Shown piece by piece: positions 1 through 11,747 of a stretch of DNA of 32,877 nt (positions are counted from its first letter, which is position 1; every line of letters starts with the position of its first letter). Position numbers and translations under genes: made by a program. Origin of the DNA: Planctomycetota bacterium (lineage in GTDB: Bacteria > Planctomycetota > GCA-002687715 > DRQF01); assembly GCA_036479435.1 (NCBI GenBank), contig JAZGFI010000053.1, positions 1 to 32,877 of the forward strand, given 5' to 3'. Under the pieces are notes generated by a model. That model did no database searches. It saw nothing but the letters and a program-made list of their open reading frames with translations, and was not told the origin of the DNA.

Positions 1-2
1 TG

Positions 3-626
3 TTCATCGCGGGTGAACGGGTGGCGGCGCTCGATGACGTCAGACTTAGCCCCGACTCCAACACGAAGATTGCTTTTTCTAATTTCGACAACCGCATCAC
101 GCTGCACATCGATGGCGAGCTGGTGGCGCAGGCCGATTATCGGCATCCGCCGATGGCGCAGGAACGGCTTTTTAGGGTCGAACGTGCCACGGCCTTCGGC
201 GTCGAAGACGCGCGAGTCGTCTTCAGCGAGGCCCAAGCCTATCGCGACTTGTACTATCGGGGGCATTCCTCCTCAGATATCCCCGCCGGCCACTACTTTG
301 TCATGGGCGACAATTCGGCCGCGAGCAAAGACTCCCGCGAATGGCGGCGAATCTCGATCCACCCCGAGGGCCTCGGCGGTCGAACAATCAACGGCGATCT
401 CGAAGCGGTCGTCGATCCCAACGATCTCGACTCACGATTGGAAAACCCCTTCGTCAAGGACGGCCGGCAGTACTTTGTCGACGAGTACGGTAATGTGCTC
501 GACATCACCGACCAGGTGATCTTCCCGGTTCTGAACGACGAATGGCCTTGGGTACCACGCCGGCTCATCTCAGGGCGGGCCTTTGCCATTTTTTGGCCAT
601 GGGCGCGCCTGGGTGTCGTGCGTTAA
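3..626 (+). CDS. lepB: Signal peptidase I, C-terminal part (5'-truncated by the window edge)
   Basis: Frame is open from position 3 (FIAGERVAALDD...). Contains IPAGHYFVMGDNSAASKDSR (box E) and terminal ISGRAFAIFWP. The catalytic Ser/Lys boxes lie outside the window. Confidence 0.85.
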   Translation, partial: FIAGERVAALDDVRLSPDSNTKIAFSNFDNRITLHIDGELVAQADYRHPPMAQERLFRVERATAFGVEDARVVFSEAQAYRDLYYRGHSSSDIPAGHYFVMGDNSAASKDSREWRRISIHPEGLGGRTINGDLEAVVDPNDLDSRLENPFVKDGRQYFVDEYGNVLDITDQVIFPVLNDEWPWVPRRLISGRAFAIFWPWARLGVVR

Positions 627-674
627 AGCACATGGAAGTCCTGCGCTGAGAGCAGCGTGAAGACGGAGCACAAC

Positions 675-2375
675 ATGAACGAATCGAATTCAGCTTTAGC
701 CCAGTCCCCCGGCGACAAGTCCGCGGCCGCTCTCGACGGAGCTCAGGCCGCCATCGGCGATGCTCAGGCCAAGAAAAAGAAGTGGGGGAAGAAGGAAAAG
801 GAGAACCTCGGGTTTTGGCGTGAGAACATCGAGGCCCTCGCGGTCGCGATCGTGATGGCGCTGACCGTGAAGCTCTTTTTCTTCGAAGCGTTCAAGGTGC
901 CCACGGAGTCCATGGAGCCGGCCATCATCGGCCGCGTGGAGGGCGGCGACCGCCTTATCGTCAATAAGTTCGTCTACCAGCTTCGCGACCCGAGACGCTG
1001 GGAGATCATCGTCTTCCAGTACCCGCTAAACCGCCTCGTCAACTACGTGAAGCGCTGCGTGGGAATGCCCGACGAGTGGCTGTTCATTCGCAACGGCGAC
1101 ATTTACACATCGGATGGCAGCTTAGAACACGCCGCCGCTCTTAAGGCCGCGAGCATTCAACGAAAACCGGACTCCGTGCAGGACGCCATCTTCGATCGCG
1201 CCAACCTCATTCCGCCGAGCGACCGCGAAGTCGCCCAGTTCACGCGCTATTGGGAAAAAGCCAACGGCGAGTTTGGAAAAGGCAGTGTCGCGCCCCTCAA
1301 GAGCGACGGCAAAATCGTTTTCCGAGCGAAGAGCGGGGTCACGCTCGTCAAGTTCAAACGCCCCCCGTCCCAACTCGAACGCCGGGGCCCCGACGGTGTG
1401 GTTTCGGTACCCGTGATCTCGAATCGGCGCTACGACAGTTGGTCGCCTTCCGCCGACAAACCCGGCGGCCTGCTGGGAATCCTCGGGTCGCCCGGCCCGG
1501 CTCGTGGCACCGCACCGGGCCCGGGCTACGACGATGAAGTCGGCGACATCCGACTGAACTTCGAGGTCGAGCCCGCAACTGGCGAGGGCACCGCCATTAT
1601 CCGTCTCTTGGACGGCACCCACGGTATCCCGATTCAGGTCGAGATCGCGGTGGAAGGATCGGGTCGCACCAGCCGCCTGCTCTTCGGCGAGGTCTCCAAA
1701 GACCTCGACGTCAAGCTTAGGCCCAATGAATGGACCGAGATATCCGTCGCCAACTGCGACGACCGCATCTTGATCATCGTGGACGGCGACGAAGTGGCCC
1801 GCCACGACTATCGGCACGCCTTCATCGAACCGAACGAAGCAAAAATCGGCGGGGGCCCTGCGCCGGCACCGGGGGAGGATTTTGTAGCGCGCGCCTTCCA
1901 GCCGACCCACGACTTGCCCCACGAAAATGGCGTTGCCTTTGGCTTCGACGGGGGGCGCGCCGGCGTCCGCGCCATCGAGCTGTCGCGCGATCTTTACTAC
2001 ACCTACGCCGGACAGACCGATTTTAAGATCCCTGAGAAGTCCTACCTCATGTGCGGCGACAACTCGCCCAACAGCTTGGACGCGCGAGGATTCAAGGCCA
2101 CCATCCTCGAGTACAAAAACGACGATGGCGAAGTGGTCACGATGCGGGGCGATGCCGAAGGCGTGAGCGCAGACGAATCGAAACCGCGACCGATGATGAA
2201 CCCCTTCAATAACGACCAGACTTTTTACGATGACTTTGGCAACACGATCGAGTTGGACCCGAGCCGCATCATCAGTCAAAAGACCGTCTTCGCGCACTAC
2301 GTTCACCGCGACCAGATCGTGGGCCGCGCCTATTTGACTTTCTGGCCGATCATGCAGGCTGGCATCATCCGATGA
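675..2375 (+). CDS. lepB: Signal peptidase I with large inserted domain
   Basis: TM helix (IEALAVAIVMALTVKLFFF), catalytic Ser in VPTESMEP, GDRLIVNKF, catalytic Lys in YVKRCVG, box E YLMCGDNSPNSLDAR, terminal VGRAYLTFWP. ATG 675 has GGAG at 665-668; GTG 657 is an alternative start. Confidence 0.92.
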   Translation: MNESNSALAQSPGDKSAAALDGAQAAIGDAQAKKKKWGKKEKENLGFWRENIEALAVAIVMALTVKLFFFEAFKVPTESMEPAIIGRVEGGDRLIVNKFVYQLRDPRRWEIIVFQYPLNRLVNYVKRCVGMPDEWLFIRNGDIYTSDGSLEHAAALKAASIQRKPDSVQDAIFDRANLIPPSDREVAQFTRYWEKANGEFGKGSVAPLKSDGKIVFRAKSGVTLVKFKRPPSQLERRGPDGVVSVPVISNRRYDSWSPSADKPGGLLGILGSPGPARGTAPGPGYDDEVGDIRLNFEVEPATGEGTAIIRLLDGTHGIPIQVEIAVEGSGRTSRLLFGEVSKDLDVKLRPNEWTEISVANCDDRILIIVDGDEVARHDYRHAFIEPNEAKIGGGPAPAPGEDFVARAFQPTHDLPHENGVAFGFDGGRAGVRAIELSRDLYYTYAGQTDFKIPEKSYLMCGDNSPNSLDARGFKATILEYKNDDGEVVTMRGDAEGVSADESKPRPMMNPFNNDQTFYDDFGNTIELDPSRIISQKTVFAHYVHRDQIVGRAYLTFWPIMQAGIIR

Positions 2376-3121
2376 GCCTGCTCGTCGCCGAGTCCTTGAC
2401 AAAACGCTACGGCAAAAAGACAGTCGTTGACCAGGTTTCCTTAGAGGTAGCCAAGGGCGAGATCGTCGGCTTGCTCGGCCCCAACGGCGCGGGCAAGACC
2501 ACGACTTTTTCGATGGTCATGGGCTTAGTCCGACCCGATGCGGGACGGATTCGATTCGGAGACCGCGACGTCACGACGATGCCCGTCTCAAGGCGCGCGC
2601 GCATGGGCATTGGCTACCTCGCCCAAGAGCCCTCGGTCTTTCGACGTCTCAGCGTGGTTAAGAACGTTCTCGCCGTCTTGGAATGGATGCCGGGTTTGAG
2701 TGCCGGAGAAAGAAACGACCGCGCGCGAGAGGTCTTGGAAGAGATGACGATCTTAGATCTGGCGACGCAGCGCGCCGATTCGCTATCTGGAGGGGAACGG
2801 CGGCGCCTGGAGATCGCCCGGCTCTTGGTGGCCGATCCCGAGCTCGTCTTATTGGACGAGCCTTTTGCGGCTGTCGACCCCATCGCCGTCGAAGAGATTC
2901 AAAAACACGTCGCCAAGCTTCGAGAGCGCGGCATGGCGATCCTGATCACCGATCACAGTGTGCGTGAAACGCTGTCGATTACGGATCGGTCCTACATCAT
3001 CCACGACGGGCGCATCCTCGAAGAGGGGACGCCCCGAGAGCTCGTGGCCGACGAACGCGTCCGCCGCGCCTATCTCGGGACGCAATTCGCAATGCCCGAG
3101 CTCGATGCGCAAGGCGAATGA
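2372..3121 (+). CDS. lptB: LPS export ABC transporter ATP-binding protein LptB
   Basis: Walker A GPNGAGKTT, GYLAQEPSVFRRL, LSGGERRRLEIAR, LLDEPFAAVDPIAV, ITDHSVRETL. ATGA overlap with the lepB stop. Confidence 0.93.
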   Translation: MSLLVAESLTKRYGKKTVVDQVSLEVAKGEIVGLLGPNGAGKTTTFSMVMGLVRPDAGRIRFGDRDVTTMPVSRRARMGIGYLAQEPSVFRRLSVVKNVLAVLEWMPGLSAGERNDRAREVLEEMTILDLATQRADSLSGGERRRLEIARLLVADPELVLLDEPFAAVDPIAVEEIQKHVAKLRERGMAILITDHSVRETLSITDRSYIIHDGRILEEGTPRELVADERVRRAYLGTQFAMPELDAQGE

Positions 3122-3453
3122 GCCCCCGGTTTTCGCGCCGCCGAAGGATAGATAACTTGGTTTAGGAGAATCGCTGCCGGTATTTCTCCACGGGTTTTCC
3201 ACTAGTTAAGATTTCTTCACCCAGATTTTTACTAAAGCGTAACTCCTATTTCGATAGCGTATATAGCCTCCAGTTGCCCTTGCGAGGCGGTCGGCTTGAC
3301 GCCGCAGCTTATATGTTCTTTGCAATTTATCCTTTTTGTATTTTCACCCAGGGCCAAGAGCTGTAGAGTCCCCCATCTCTCCACAGGAGGTTGGTCGCAT
3401 TCAACATTCTGGCTGGAGTTTTCCACAAGGGATTCAGGGTAGGACGCGCCGCC

Positions 3454-4464
3454 ATGACTTCTAGCGAGAAGTTCCGTATTCTTCTCGTCGATGATGAACC
3501 ACGACTACGGCAAGCCTTGGCGGATTATCTCGTCAAGCAACGCTACAAAGTTGTGACGTCTGAAGACGGAGACGAGGCTCTTAAGTTGCTTAAGACCTCC
3601 TCGTTTGATCTAGTTTTGACCGACATCTCGATGCCCAACATGTCGGGTATCGAGCTGTTGAAGGAGACCAAACGATACGACGAGAACGTCGATGTCATCA
3701 TGATCTCGGGCTATCTGGACATCACTTACGCCATCCAAGCGATGCGACAGGGCGCTTACGATTTTTTCACCAAGCCTTTCAACTTCGAAAAAATTCAGCT
3801 CACGATCGAACGGGTGCGAGAACGCCAACGCCTTCGCGACGACGCCGCCCGCTACTTGGTCTTAAAGCGCGAGCAGGAACTGGCGATGGAAACCACGCTG
3901 AGCCTCGCCAGGGCCGCCGAAGAGCGCGATTCTCAAAATACCGGGCACGGCAAGCGCACCGCCCTTTACGCCGAGCGACTCGCGGCTCGACTGTGCTACT
4001 CGGAGGCCAAGCTTGAACGCTTAGTGCTCGCGGGCCGGCTCCACGACATCGGCAAGATCGGCATCGACGACGCGATCCTCAACAAGCCAGCGTCGCTCAC
4101 CAGCAGCGAATTCGCGACCATGAAACGGCATTGCGAAATTGGTGAGTACATCTTGAAGCCGATCTCTTTTTTCAAGGATATCTCCCCCATCGTCCGCTGG
4201 CACCACGAACGCTACGACGGCACTGGCTACCCCGACGGACTCTGCGGCGAGGAGATACCTCTCGATGCGCGGATTATCTGCATTGCGGATTTCTTCGACG
4301 CCATCACTTCCAAACGCCCCTACCGCCAACCCGAAACGCTCGAATCCGCGCTGGGCATGGTTTTGGAGCAACGCGGAAAGATGTTTGACCCGGTCTTGGT
4401 CGATGTCTTTATCCCGATGATGCGCGAAGAGACCGCCACCGTTGGTTCCGGGGCCCGCGCTTAG
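3454..4464 (+). CDS. Response regulator with REC + HD-GYP domains (RpfG-type c-di-GMP phosphodiesterase)
   Basis: REC motifs ILLVDDE, LTDISMPNMSG, KPF; HD-GYP motifs HDIGK, HHERYDGTGYP, IADFFDA. ATG 3454 chosen because the REC domain starts right after it. Confidence 0.9.
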   Translation: MTSSEKFRILLVDDEPRLRQALADYLVKQRYKVVTSEDGDEALKLLKTSSFDLVLTDISMPNMSGIELLKETKRYDENVDVIMISGYLDITYAIQAMRQGAYDFFTKPFNFEKIQLTIERVRERQRLRDDAARYLVLKREQELAMETTLSLARAAEERDSQNTGHGKRTALYAERLAARLCYSEAKLERLVLAGRLHDIGKIGIDDAILNKPASLTSSEFATMKRHCEIGEYILKPISFFKDISPIVRWHHERYDGTGYPDGLCGEEIPLDARIICIADFFDAITSKRPYRQPETLESALGMVLEQRGKMFDPVLVDVFIPMMREETATVGSGARA

Positions 4465-4561
4465 AACGGTCACAACCTCCACGCTGCGACGGTCCGTGTC
4501 CTTGATGGGCAGGGCTCCCGTCCGTAGGATCCAGGGCACTCCCCCACCCTGGAGACTCGAA

Positions 4562-5314
4562 ATGCAAATCACGGTGTGCGTTGCGGTTACACCCGCCACC
4601 GACACGAAAGTCAAAATCGGATCCGATGGCCGGAGCCTGGATCCAGCCGACGTTTCCTACGAGCTCAATCCCTACGACGAACTCGCGGTCGAAGAGGCCC
4701 TTCGCACCGTCGAAGCCGCAGGCGAAGGGGAAGTTCAAATCCTCACCGTAGGCGACGGATCACAAAAAGAAGAAGTCAGAAAGTGCCTCGCTCGCGGCGC
4801 CCATCGCGCCACGATCCTAAAGACCTCCATCGAAAACGCGGACTCCGCTTCGATCGCCAAAGCCCTGGCCGACTTCATTGCTCAAGGCGAAAGCCAGCTG
4901 GTGTTTTTGGGCAAGCAAGCGGTGGATGGCGACAACGGCCAGGTTCCTTCGCAACTAGCCGTGAGACTGGGCTGGCCGGTCGTCACCAAGATCTCCAAAC
5001 TCGTAATTGCCGGTGACGGCTTCAGCGCCGAGCGCGAGATCGAAGGCGGCATCGAAAAGATCGAAGGCTCCTTGCCCTGCGTGTTCAGTACGGAAAAAGG
5101 TCTCAACGAACCCCGTTATCCGAAGCTCAAAGGCATCATGCAGGCGAAGAAAAAGCCCCTCGACGAAGTCGAGATCAGCTTAGAGCCCGCCAAGTTGCTG
5201 CTGGATTCCCTCGAACTGCCCCCCGCGCGGCCAGCTGGTCGCATCATTGGCGAAGGCCTTGAAGCCGTCGACACTCTCATCGACCTGCTCAAGAACGAAG
5301 CCAAGGTCATCTGA
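4562..5314 (+). CDS. etfB: Electron transfer flavoprotein beta subunit
   Basis: NPYDELAVEEAL, GKQAVDGDNGQV, NEPRYPKLKGIMQAKKKP. GGAG at 4551-4554 precedes ATG 4562. Confidence 0.93.
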   Translation: MQITVCVAVTPATDTKVKIGSDGRSLDPADVSYELNPYDELAVEEALRTVEAAGEGEVQILTVGDGSQKEEVRKCLARGAHRATILKTSIENADSASIAKALADFIAQGESQLVFLGKQAVDGDNGQVPSQLAVRLGWPVVTKISKLVIAGDGFSAEREIEGGIEKIEGSLPCVFSTEKGLNEPRYPKLKGIMQAKKKPLDEVEISLEPAKLLLDSLELPPARPAGRIIGEGLEAVDTLIDLLKNEAKVI

Positions 5315-5396
5315 AACCAGATTCACCGTCTCGTGGCGCAAGCTCTAAATTCGTTCTGGGAACGAACATCGCGCACGAACTCAAAAGGAGAACAAC

Positions 5397-6383
5397 ATGC
5401 CCGCGGGAATCCTCGCATTTTGCGAACAGCGGGGCGGCCAGCTCAAAAAGGCCGCACAAGAGGCCGTTTCGACCGCTGCCAAACTGAAGACTGATCTCGG
5501 TGGCGACGTTACGGCTGTCGTCATCGGCAAGGGAATCCAAGGCGCCGCGGCCGGTCTCGCCGCCTACGGTGCCGATCGAGTGGTTTGTTTTGATCAAGAC
5601 CACTTCGCCCTCTACTCCACGGGTGGCTACGGGCGAGCGCTCATGCAAGCTTGCAAGAGTATCGACCCGGCAGCGATCATTATCCCCGCGACCGCGATGG
5701 GCAAAGACCTCGCGGCCTGGGTCGCGGCAAGCCTCGACGCGCCGCTCGCGACCGACTGCGACGCCATTGAGGCGTCGGCGAACGGCGAGATCAAAGCCTG
5801 CCGTCCGGTTTACGCCGGCAAGGCCAAGGCCTGGGTCCATGCCAGCAGCGCCCCCTTTGTCTTGGGAATTCGCCCTAACGTTTTCGGCATTGTCGAGCAC
5901 CAACCGGGCGCCAGTGTCGACGCTGAAGTCATGGCTGAAGAGTTCTCCATGGACGCCGTACGCGCCATCGTTAAGGACATCAGCGCCGCAGAGAATGCCG
6001 AACTCGACGTCGCGGAGGCCGACATCATCGTCGCCGGCGGGCGTGGCGTCGGCAAGGCCGAAGGTTTTGCGCCGCTTGAAGAGCTCGCGAAGGTCCTCGG
6101 CGCCGCCGTGGGTGCTTCCCGCGCGGTGGTCGACGCCGGTTGGCGCGATCACGCCGCCCAAGTCGGACAAACCGGAAAGGTCGTGTCGCCCAAGCTCTAC
6201 TTTGCCTGCGGAATCTCCGGTGCGATCCAGCACTTGGCCGGCATGCAGACCTCACAAGTCATTGTGGCCATTAACAAGGACGCGGAGGCACCGATCTTCA
6301 AAGTGTCAAATTATGGCATCGTGGGCGACCTTTTCGAGGTTGTCCCGGCCCTCACCGAGGCCTTCAAAAAGGCCCTCGCCTAG
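5397..6383 (+). CDS. etfA: Electron transfer flavoprotein alpha subunit
   Basis: [63 protein letters not shown] upstream. Confidence 0.95.
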   Translation: MPAGILAFCEQRGGQLKKAAQEAVSTAAKLKTDLGGDVTAVVIGKGIQGAAAGLAAYGADRVVCFDQDHFALYSTGGYGRALMQACKSIDPAAIIIPATAMGKDLAAWVAASLDAPLATDCDAIEASANGEIKACRPVYAGKAKAWVHASSAPFVLGIRPNVFGIVEHQPGASVDAEVMAEEFSMDAVRAIVKDISAAENAELDVAEADIIVAGGRGVGKAEGFAPLEELAKVLGAAVGASRAVVDAGWRDHAAQVGQTGKVVSPKLYFACGISGAIQHLAGMQTSQVIVAINKDAEAPIFKVSNYGIVGDLFEVVPALTEAFKKALA

Positions 6384-6520
6384 CCTCACTCGGCCAGCCA
6401 ACCACAGGGATGCTACGATCCCATACGGTGAATCACCGAAGCTCCAGCTTGCAAGAAACCTTGGAGCTTTACGTCTTGTTCTTGACCCAGCCCACCCAGC
6501 CCCATGGCGAACCTGAGCTC

Positions 6521-8302
6521 ATGACCTCAAATTCGAACCTCCCCCTCATTGCGTTTCGCTCGATTGCACTTGGCGCTCTCGTGTTTTGTCTCCTCTTGCC
6601 TTCCGGTTGTGGCGACGAGGCCAGCAGTACCGGCGTCGGCAACGGTGACAAGGCCCAGGCATCCCCCATCACCGACGGGGCCCGCGAGCGCTTGGACCGA
6701 GCTAGTGACAACGCCAAGAAACTCCACGAAACCTTGGTGTGGATTCGCGGCCAAGCGAAAGGAAAAAAGGGGCTCGAAGGCGGCAGCGTCGGCGTCATGA
6801 TGCACCGCACCGAGAGAAACCTGACATCGAGTGTCACGGCCTTGGTGAAAAAGATCGGCAATGCCGACAGCCTGCCAAACTTGAAAAAACTCGAAACTTG
6901 GATCGCTGAGACCATCGCCAGTGAAAAATCCAGCGGGCACGAGGCCATCACCGCGAACCTCGAAAAACAGCTTTCGAGGTCCCGCGAGTACATGCTCGCC
7001 ATGGACCCGAACAACGACGCGCTTCGCGTGTCATTGGGCTGGCACAAAGTCGAAGTTGACTTTGATGATGTTGGCGAGGCCCCGTATCTCGACACCACAG
7101 ACTTCGACGAACTCAAAAAAGTCAAGAAGTTGCTCAAGGCCGCCGGCGAAAAAAGCGGCCACACCATTTGGCTGCGGCCCGGTTGGAATGGCGAGGCCCG
7201 ATACAATAAGTTCTTGGCTTCGATCGAAAAGAAAAGGGTCGCCTATGCCAAGCTCATGGAAGACCCTTGGGAACAAAAGGCCCAAAAAATCGCCGAAGAA
7301 GTCGGCGCCTTCATCCGCAAAGACCTTGAAAACGACTCCTACAAGTTCGTCGCGCGTACTCACCGTCCCTATGTATTGATCGTTGAAAAAGACAGTCGTT
7401 GGAACGAAACCGAGGTTGCGCGCAAGCGTGGCGAGGCTTTGACCCAGCTTCACCAAATTTACTACGAAAAATACGCGAGTAACGTGAAGCTCGAAAAGGT
7501 CAAAGACCCCGTGCCGGTGATCTACTTTCACAACCACGACGCCTATGTCCGCTACACTCAAAAACGCGGTATGGGTGGAGCCTCGGGCCACTTTGAACCC
7601 TCAACGGGCCGCCTTTTCACTTCAAAGGAAACCGACATCGGCACCGTTTTTCACGAAGGGGCTCACCAGCTTTCCTTTTTCTCGAGTGGTGCCTCGGTCA
7701 GCTTTCTTGAGCGCTCGTATTGGTTCGAAGAGGGTCTTGCCGAATACCTCGCGGCCAATACGATCAGCAAGGACAAAGAGAACGACCGCTGGGTCTACGA
7801 AATCGGTCTGCTGCAAAAGGGGCGTTTGAACTACTGGCGTACCAACCCGCAAAAAGCTTACAGCGTTTGGGACCTCATCGAGCTCACCTACGCCCACCGC
7901 GAGATCAACACCCGTAACGACGACCAAGACAAAAACCTCATGGTCTACTCGCAGGGCTGGTTCCTTTGCTACTTCATGAACAACTTCAACATTGACGCCA
8001 AAGGCATGGTCGTTATTGGCAAGCACGGCAAGTACCGCGACGCTTGGATTCGCTTTTTCGAGTCCAACCTCGGCGGCAACAGCTCGCGCGAAAAATTCCT
8101 CGAGTGCATCGGCGCTAAGGGCCAAGACGACCCCAAGTTCATCTTGTTCGACAAAGAATTCAATGCCTACTTCGAATGGATGAACCGCAAGCTCGCCATG
8201 AAGCAGGACAAAGACAAGAAACTCATCCCCTGGGCCGACGTCATCAACAAGGGTCGCCACACTGGCGAACTCATCGACGACATGCTCTACCCGCCCGAGT
8301 AA
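6521..8302 (+). CDS. Putative lipoprotein with DUF1570-like zinc-metallopeptidase motif
   Basis: Hydrophobic N-terminus ending LLPSGC (lipobox-like); TVFHEGAHQL (HExxH) followed by WFEEGLAEY and YSQGW. Start uncertain (6410 or 6521). Confidence 0.65.
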   Translation: MTSNSNLPLIAFRSIALGALVFCLLLPSGCGDEASSTGVGNGDKAQASPITDGARERLDRASDNAKKLHETLVWIRGQAKGKKGLEGGSVGVMMHRTERNLTSSVTALVKKIGNADSLPNLKKLETWIAETIASEKSSGHEAITANLEKQLSRSREYMLAMDPNNDALRVSLGWHKVEVDFDDVGEAPYLDTTDFDELKKVKKLLKAAGEKSGHTIWLRPGWNGEARYNKFLASIEKKRVAYAKLMEDPWEQKAQKIAEEVGAFIRKDLENDSYKFVARTHRPYVLIVEKDSRWNETEVARKRGEALTQLHQIYYEKYASNVKLEKVKDPVPVIYFHNHDAYVRYTQKRGMGGASGHFEPSTGRLFTSKETDIGTVFHEGAHQLSFFSSGASVSFLERSYWFEEGLAEYLAANTISKDKENDRWVYEIGLLQKGRLNYWRTNPQKAYSVWDLIELTYAHREINTRNDDQDKNLMVYSQGWFLCYFMNNFNIDAKGMVVIGKHGKYRDAWIRFFESNLGGNSSREKFLECIGAKGQDDPKFILFDKEFNAYFEWMNRKLAMKQDKDKKLIPWADVINKGRHTGELIDDMLYPPE

Positions 8303-8332
8303 GGCCTCGATAGAAAAAACCGCCGCAAGCGT

Positions 8333-8363
8333 CGAGGGCTGGCTTCTTAGGAGTCAGCCCTCG
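8333..8363. terminator. GC-rich hairpin between convergent genes, possible bidirectional terminator
   Basis: CGAGGGCTGGCTTC-TTA-GGAGTCAGCCCTCG, a 14-bp stem with two G-U pairs on the + strand. No adjacent U-tract. Confidence 0.45.
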
Positions 8364-8373
8364 CTCGCTAGGA

Positions 8374-9941
8374 CTAATGGCGGAAGTGCCGGCGGCCGGT
8401 GAACACCATCGCGATGCCGGCGGCGTCGCAGGCCTCGATGATTTTTCCATCGCGGATAGAGCCGCCAGGTTGAACCACGGCGCGGATACCGGCCTTTTTT
8501 GCGGCGAGAATGCCGTCGGGAAAGGGGAAGAAGGCGTCCGAGGCCATTACCGCGCCCTGGCAACGATCGCCGCCCTTGCGTCCGGCCAGCTCGACGGAAT
8601 CGACGCGGCTCATTTGACCCGCTCCCGCCGCAACGAGCGTACGGTCTTTCGCGTAGACGATGGCGTTGCTCGTGACGTTGCGAACCAATTCCCAGGCGAA
8701 ACGAAGGTCATCCATTTCGGCTTCGTCGGGTTGGCGTTCGCTGACGACTTTGAAGTCGACTGCGCCGATCAAGTCCGGATCTTGAACGAGCATCCCGCCG
8801 CGTATCCAACGCAATTCGAGCTCGCGATCGGCGAACGCTGGCTTTAGGTCATCGCATTCGAGCAGGCGAACGTTTTTTCCCCACTTGGCTCCGGTTTGGA
8901 GAATTTCGAGGGCATCGCCTTCATAGCGAGGGGCCACGACGACTTCGTAGAACTTTTCCTTGACCGCCATCAAGCGCGCCACTTCAGGAGTGAGCGGCTG
9001 GTTGAAGGCGACAATGCCGCCGAAAGCCGACTGGGGGTCGCCCGCATAGGCCGCTTGATAGGCCTCAACTTGCGAGTCGTCGCGACTGGCCGCACCGCAG
9101 GGGTTTTTGTGTTTGATGACGGTGCAGCCAAAGCCCTCTAAACCACGCACCGCTTCCAGCGCGGCCGCCGCGTCGAGGTAGTTGTTGAACGAAAGCGCTT
9201 TGCCCGAATGCTGATGTGCCCAGGCCACCGAGGCCTGCACGGGCTCGTCTGAGGTGTAGAGCGCTGCACGTTGGTGCGGGTTTTCTCCGTAGCGCAAAGA
9301 CTGCCTTTGGTCGAAAACGAATTGGAGCCGTTGCGGCAGTTCCTCAGCGTCGCGTAGCATCCAAGATGCGATTGCGGCGTCATAGGCTGCGGTGGTTTGA
9401 AAGGCCTTGGCGGCCCATTGGCGGCGCTCAGCCGGCGTCGACGTTACCTGACCTTTCTCGGCGTTCGCGATGAGCGAAGCATAGTCGACAGGATCGGTCA
9501 CGACGGCGACAAAGTCGTGATTCTTGGCGGCCGAGCGCACCATGCTTGGCCCCCCGATGTCGATCATCTCGATCGCGTCTTCGTCTTTGCAATCGGGCTT
9601 CGCGATGACTTCGCCAAAGGGATACAGGTTCACGACGACGAGATCGATCGGAGTAATTCCGTTGGCCGCAGCCGCCTTGCGATGCGAGTCGACATCGCGA
9701 CGCATGAGCAGGCCACCGTGGATACGCGGGTGAAGCGTCTTCACTCGCCCGTCCATCATTTCCGGAAACTCCGTGATCTTCGAAACCGGAGTCACGGCGA
9801 TGCCTTCGCCTTCTAAGAGTTTAGCGGTACCGCCGGTCGAAATGATCTCGACGCCGGCATTGGCGAGAGCACGACCCAGCTCAAGGACGCCGTCTTTTTT
9901 GAAGACGCTGATGAGGGCACGCTTGATGACGATTTCGCCGC

Positions 9942-9945
<4 letters not shown>
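8374..9945 (-). CDS. purH: Bifunctional AICAR formyltransferase/IMP cyclohydrolase
   Basis: [61 protein letters not shown] 9945 overlaps the prfB stop (ATGA). Confidence 0.97.
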
Positions 9946-11055
<1,110 letters not shown>

Positions 11056-11155
11056 GTTGGGTACTCTTGGCGGGTCGAGATTGGACAGATTTTGTGTCGT
11101 TAAGCTAGTGCAGCGGCGTCAAACCGCGGGGGCCCAAGTGCGAGAACGAAGGCCC

Positions 11156-11659
11156 TCAGTTCTCGCTGACGCTCTGGCCTTCGTTTCGGATAGGGCCGCG
11201 CTCGGAGGTATCGTAGTCGCGAGTGAAGCCGTGGATTTCGGTCTGGCTGTAGGCCGAGAGGATCTTGCCTTTTTCGCTTTTTAGAAAACGCATGATCATG
11301 GCGAGGATTTTCAGGTAGCGATCCTGCTGACCACTGCAACCGATAATCATACATATGAGCTTGACGGGCTGGTCGTCGACGACTGAGGAATACTCGATTC
11401 CGTCGTTCGAGTAAGCCAGGGCCACCGCGAACTCCGGGACATCCGGGAGCTTGGCATGGGGCACGGCGATGCCGTAGCCAATGCCCGTGCTCATGAGGAC
11501 TTCGCGACTCAAGATCGCGCGTTCCGCTTCGATTCGCTGGGGAATCGCTCCCGAACTTGCCAACACATCCAGGAGGCTCTGAAGCGCTTCGTTTTTGGAG
11601 CGGCATTCGAGCTTGACGATGCGTGAAGCGGGCAGGAGTTCCGAAAGCGAATCGACCAT
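11156..11659 (-). CDS. PTS EIIA domain protein (fructose/nitrogen-type, PtsN-like)
   Basis: REVLMSTGIGYGIAVPHA with the phospho-acceptor His, and DDQPVKLI. Confidence 0.88.
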   Translation of the reverse strand: MVDSLSELLPASRIVKLECRSKNEALQSLLDVLASSGAIPQRIEAERAILSREVLMSTGIGYGIAVPHAKLPDVPEFAVALAYSNDGIEYSSVVDDQPVKLICMIIGCSGQQDRYLKILAMIMRFLKSEKGKILSAYSQTEIHGFTRDYDTSERGPIRNEGQSVSEN

Positions 11660-11747
11660 GCCCCTATCTTAGCGAGGATTCAGACCCGCTCAACGACCCA
11701 TCCTGGCCCCACTGGCGTCTGGCCGCGTAATCGGCCATGATTCAGGC

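Noticed and set aside
1122..2402. Long antisense or alternate-frame ORFs (also 5307-6233, 5500-6516, 20122-21036, 28012-29283)
   Set aside because: They are shadows of well-supported genes in GC-rich DNA and carry no recognisable motifs.
3167..3177. AGAATCGCTGC shared with 24304-24314 on the minus strand
   Set aside because: A single 11-mer match among intergenic sequences is plausible by chance, and the flanks are not similar.
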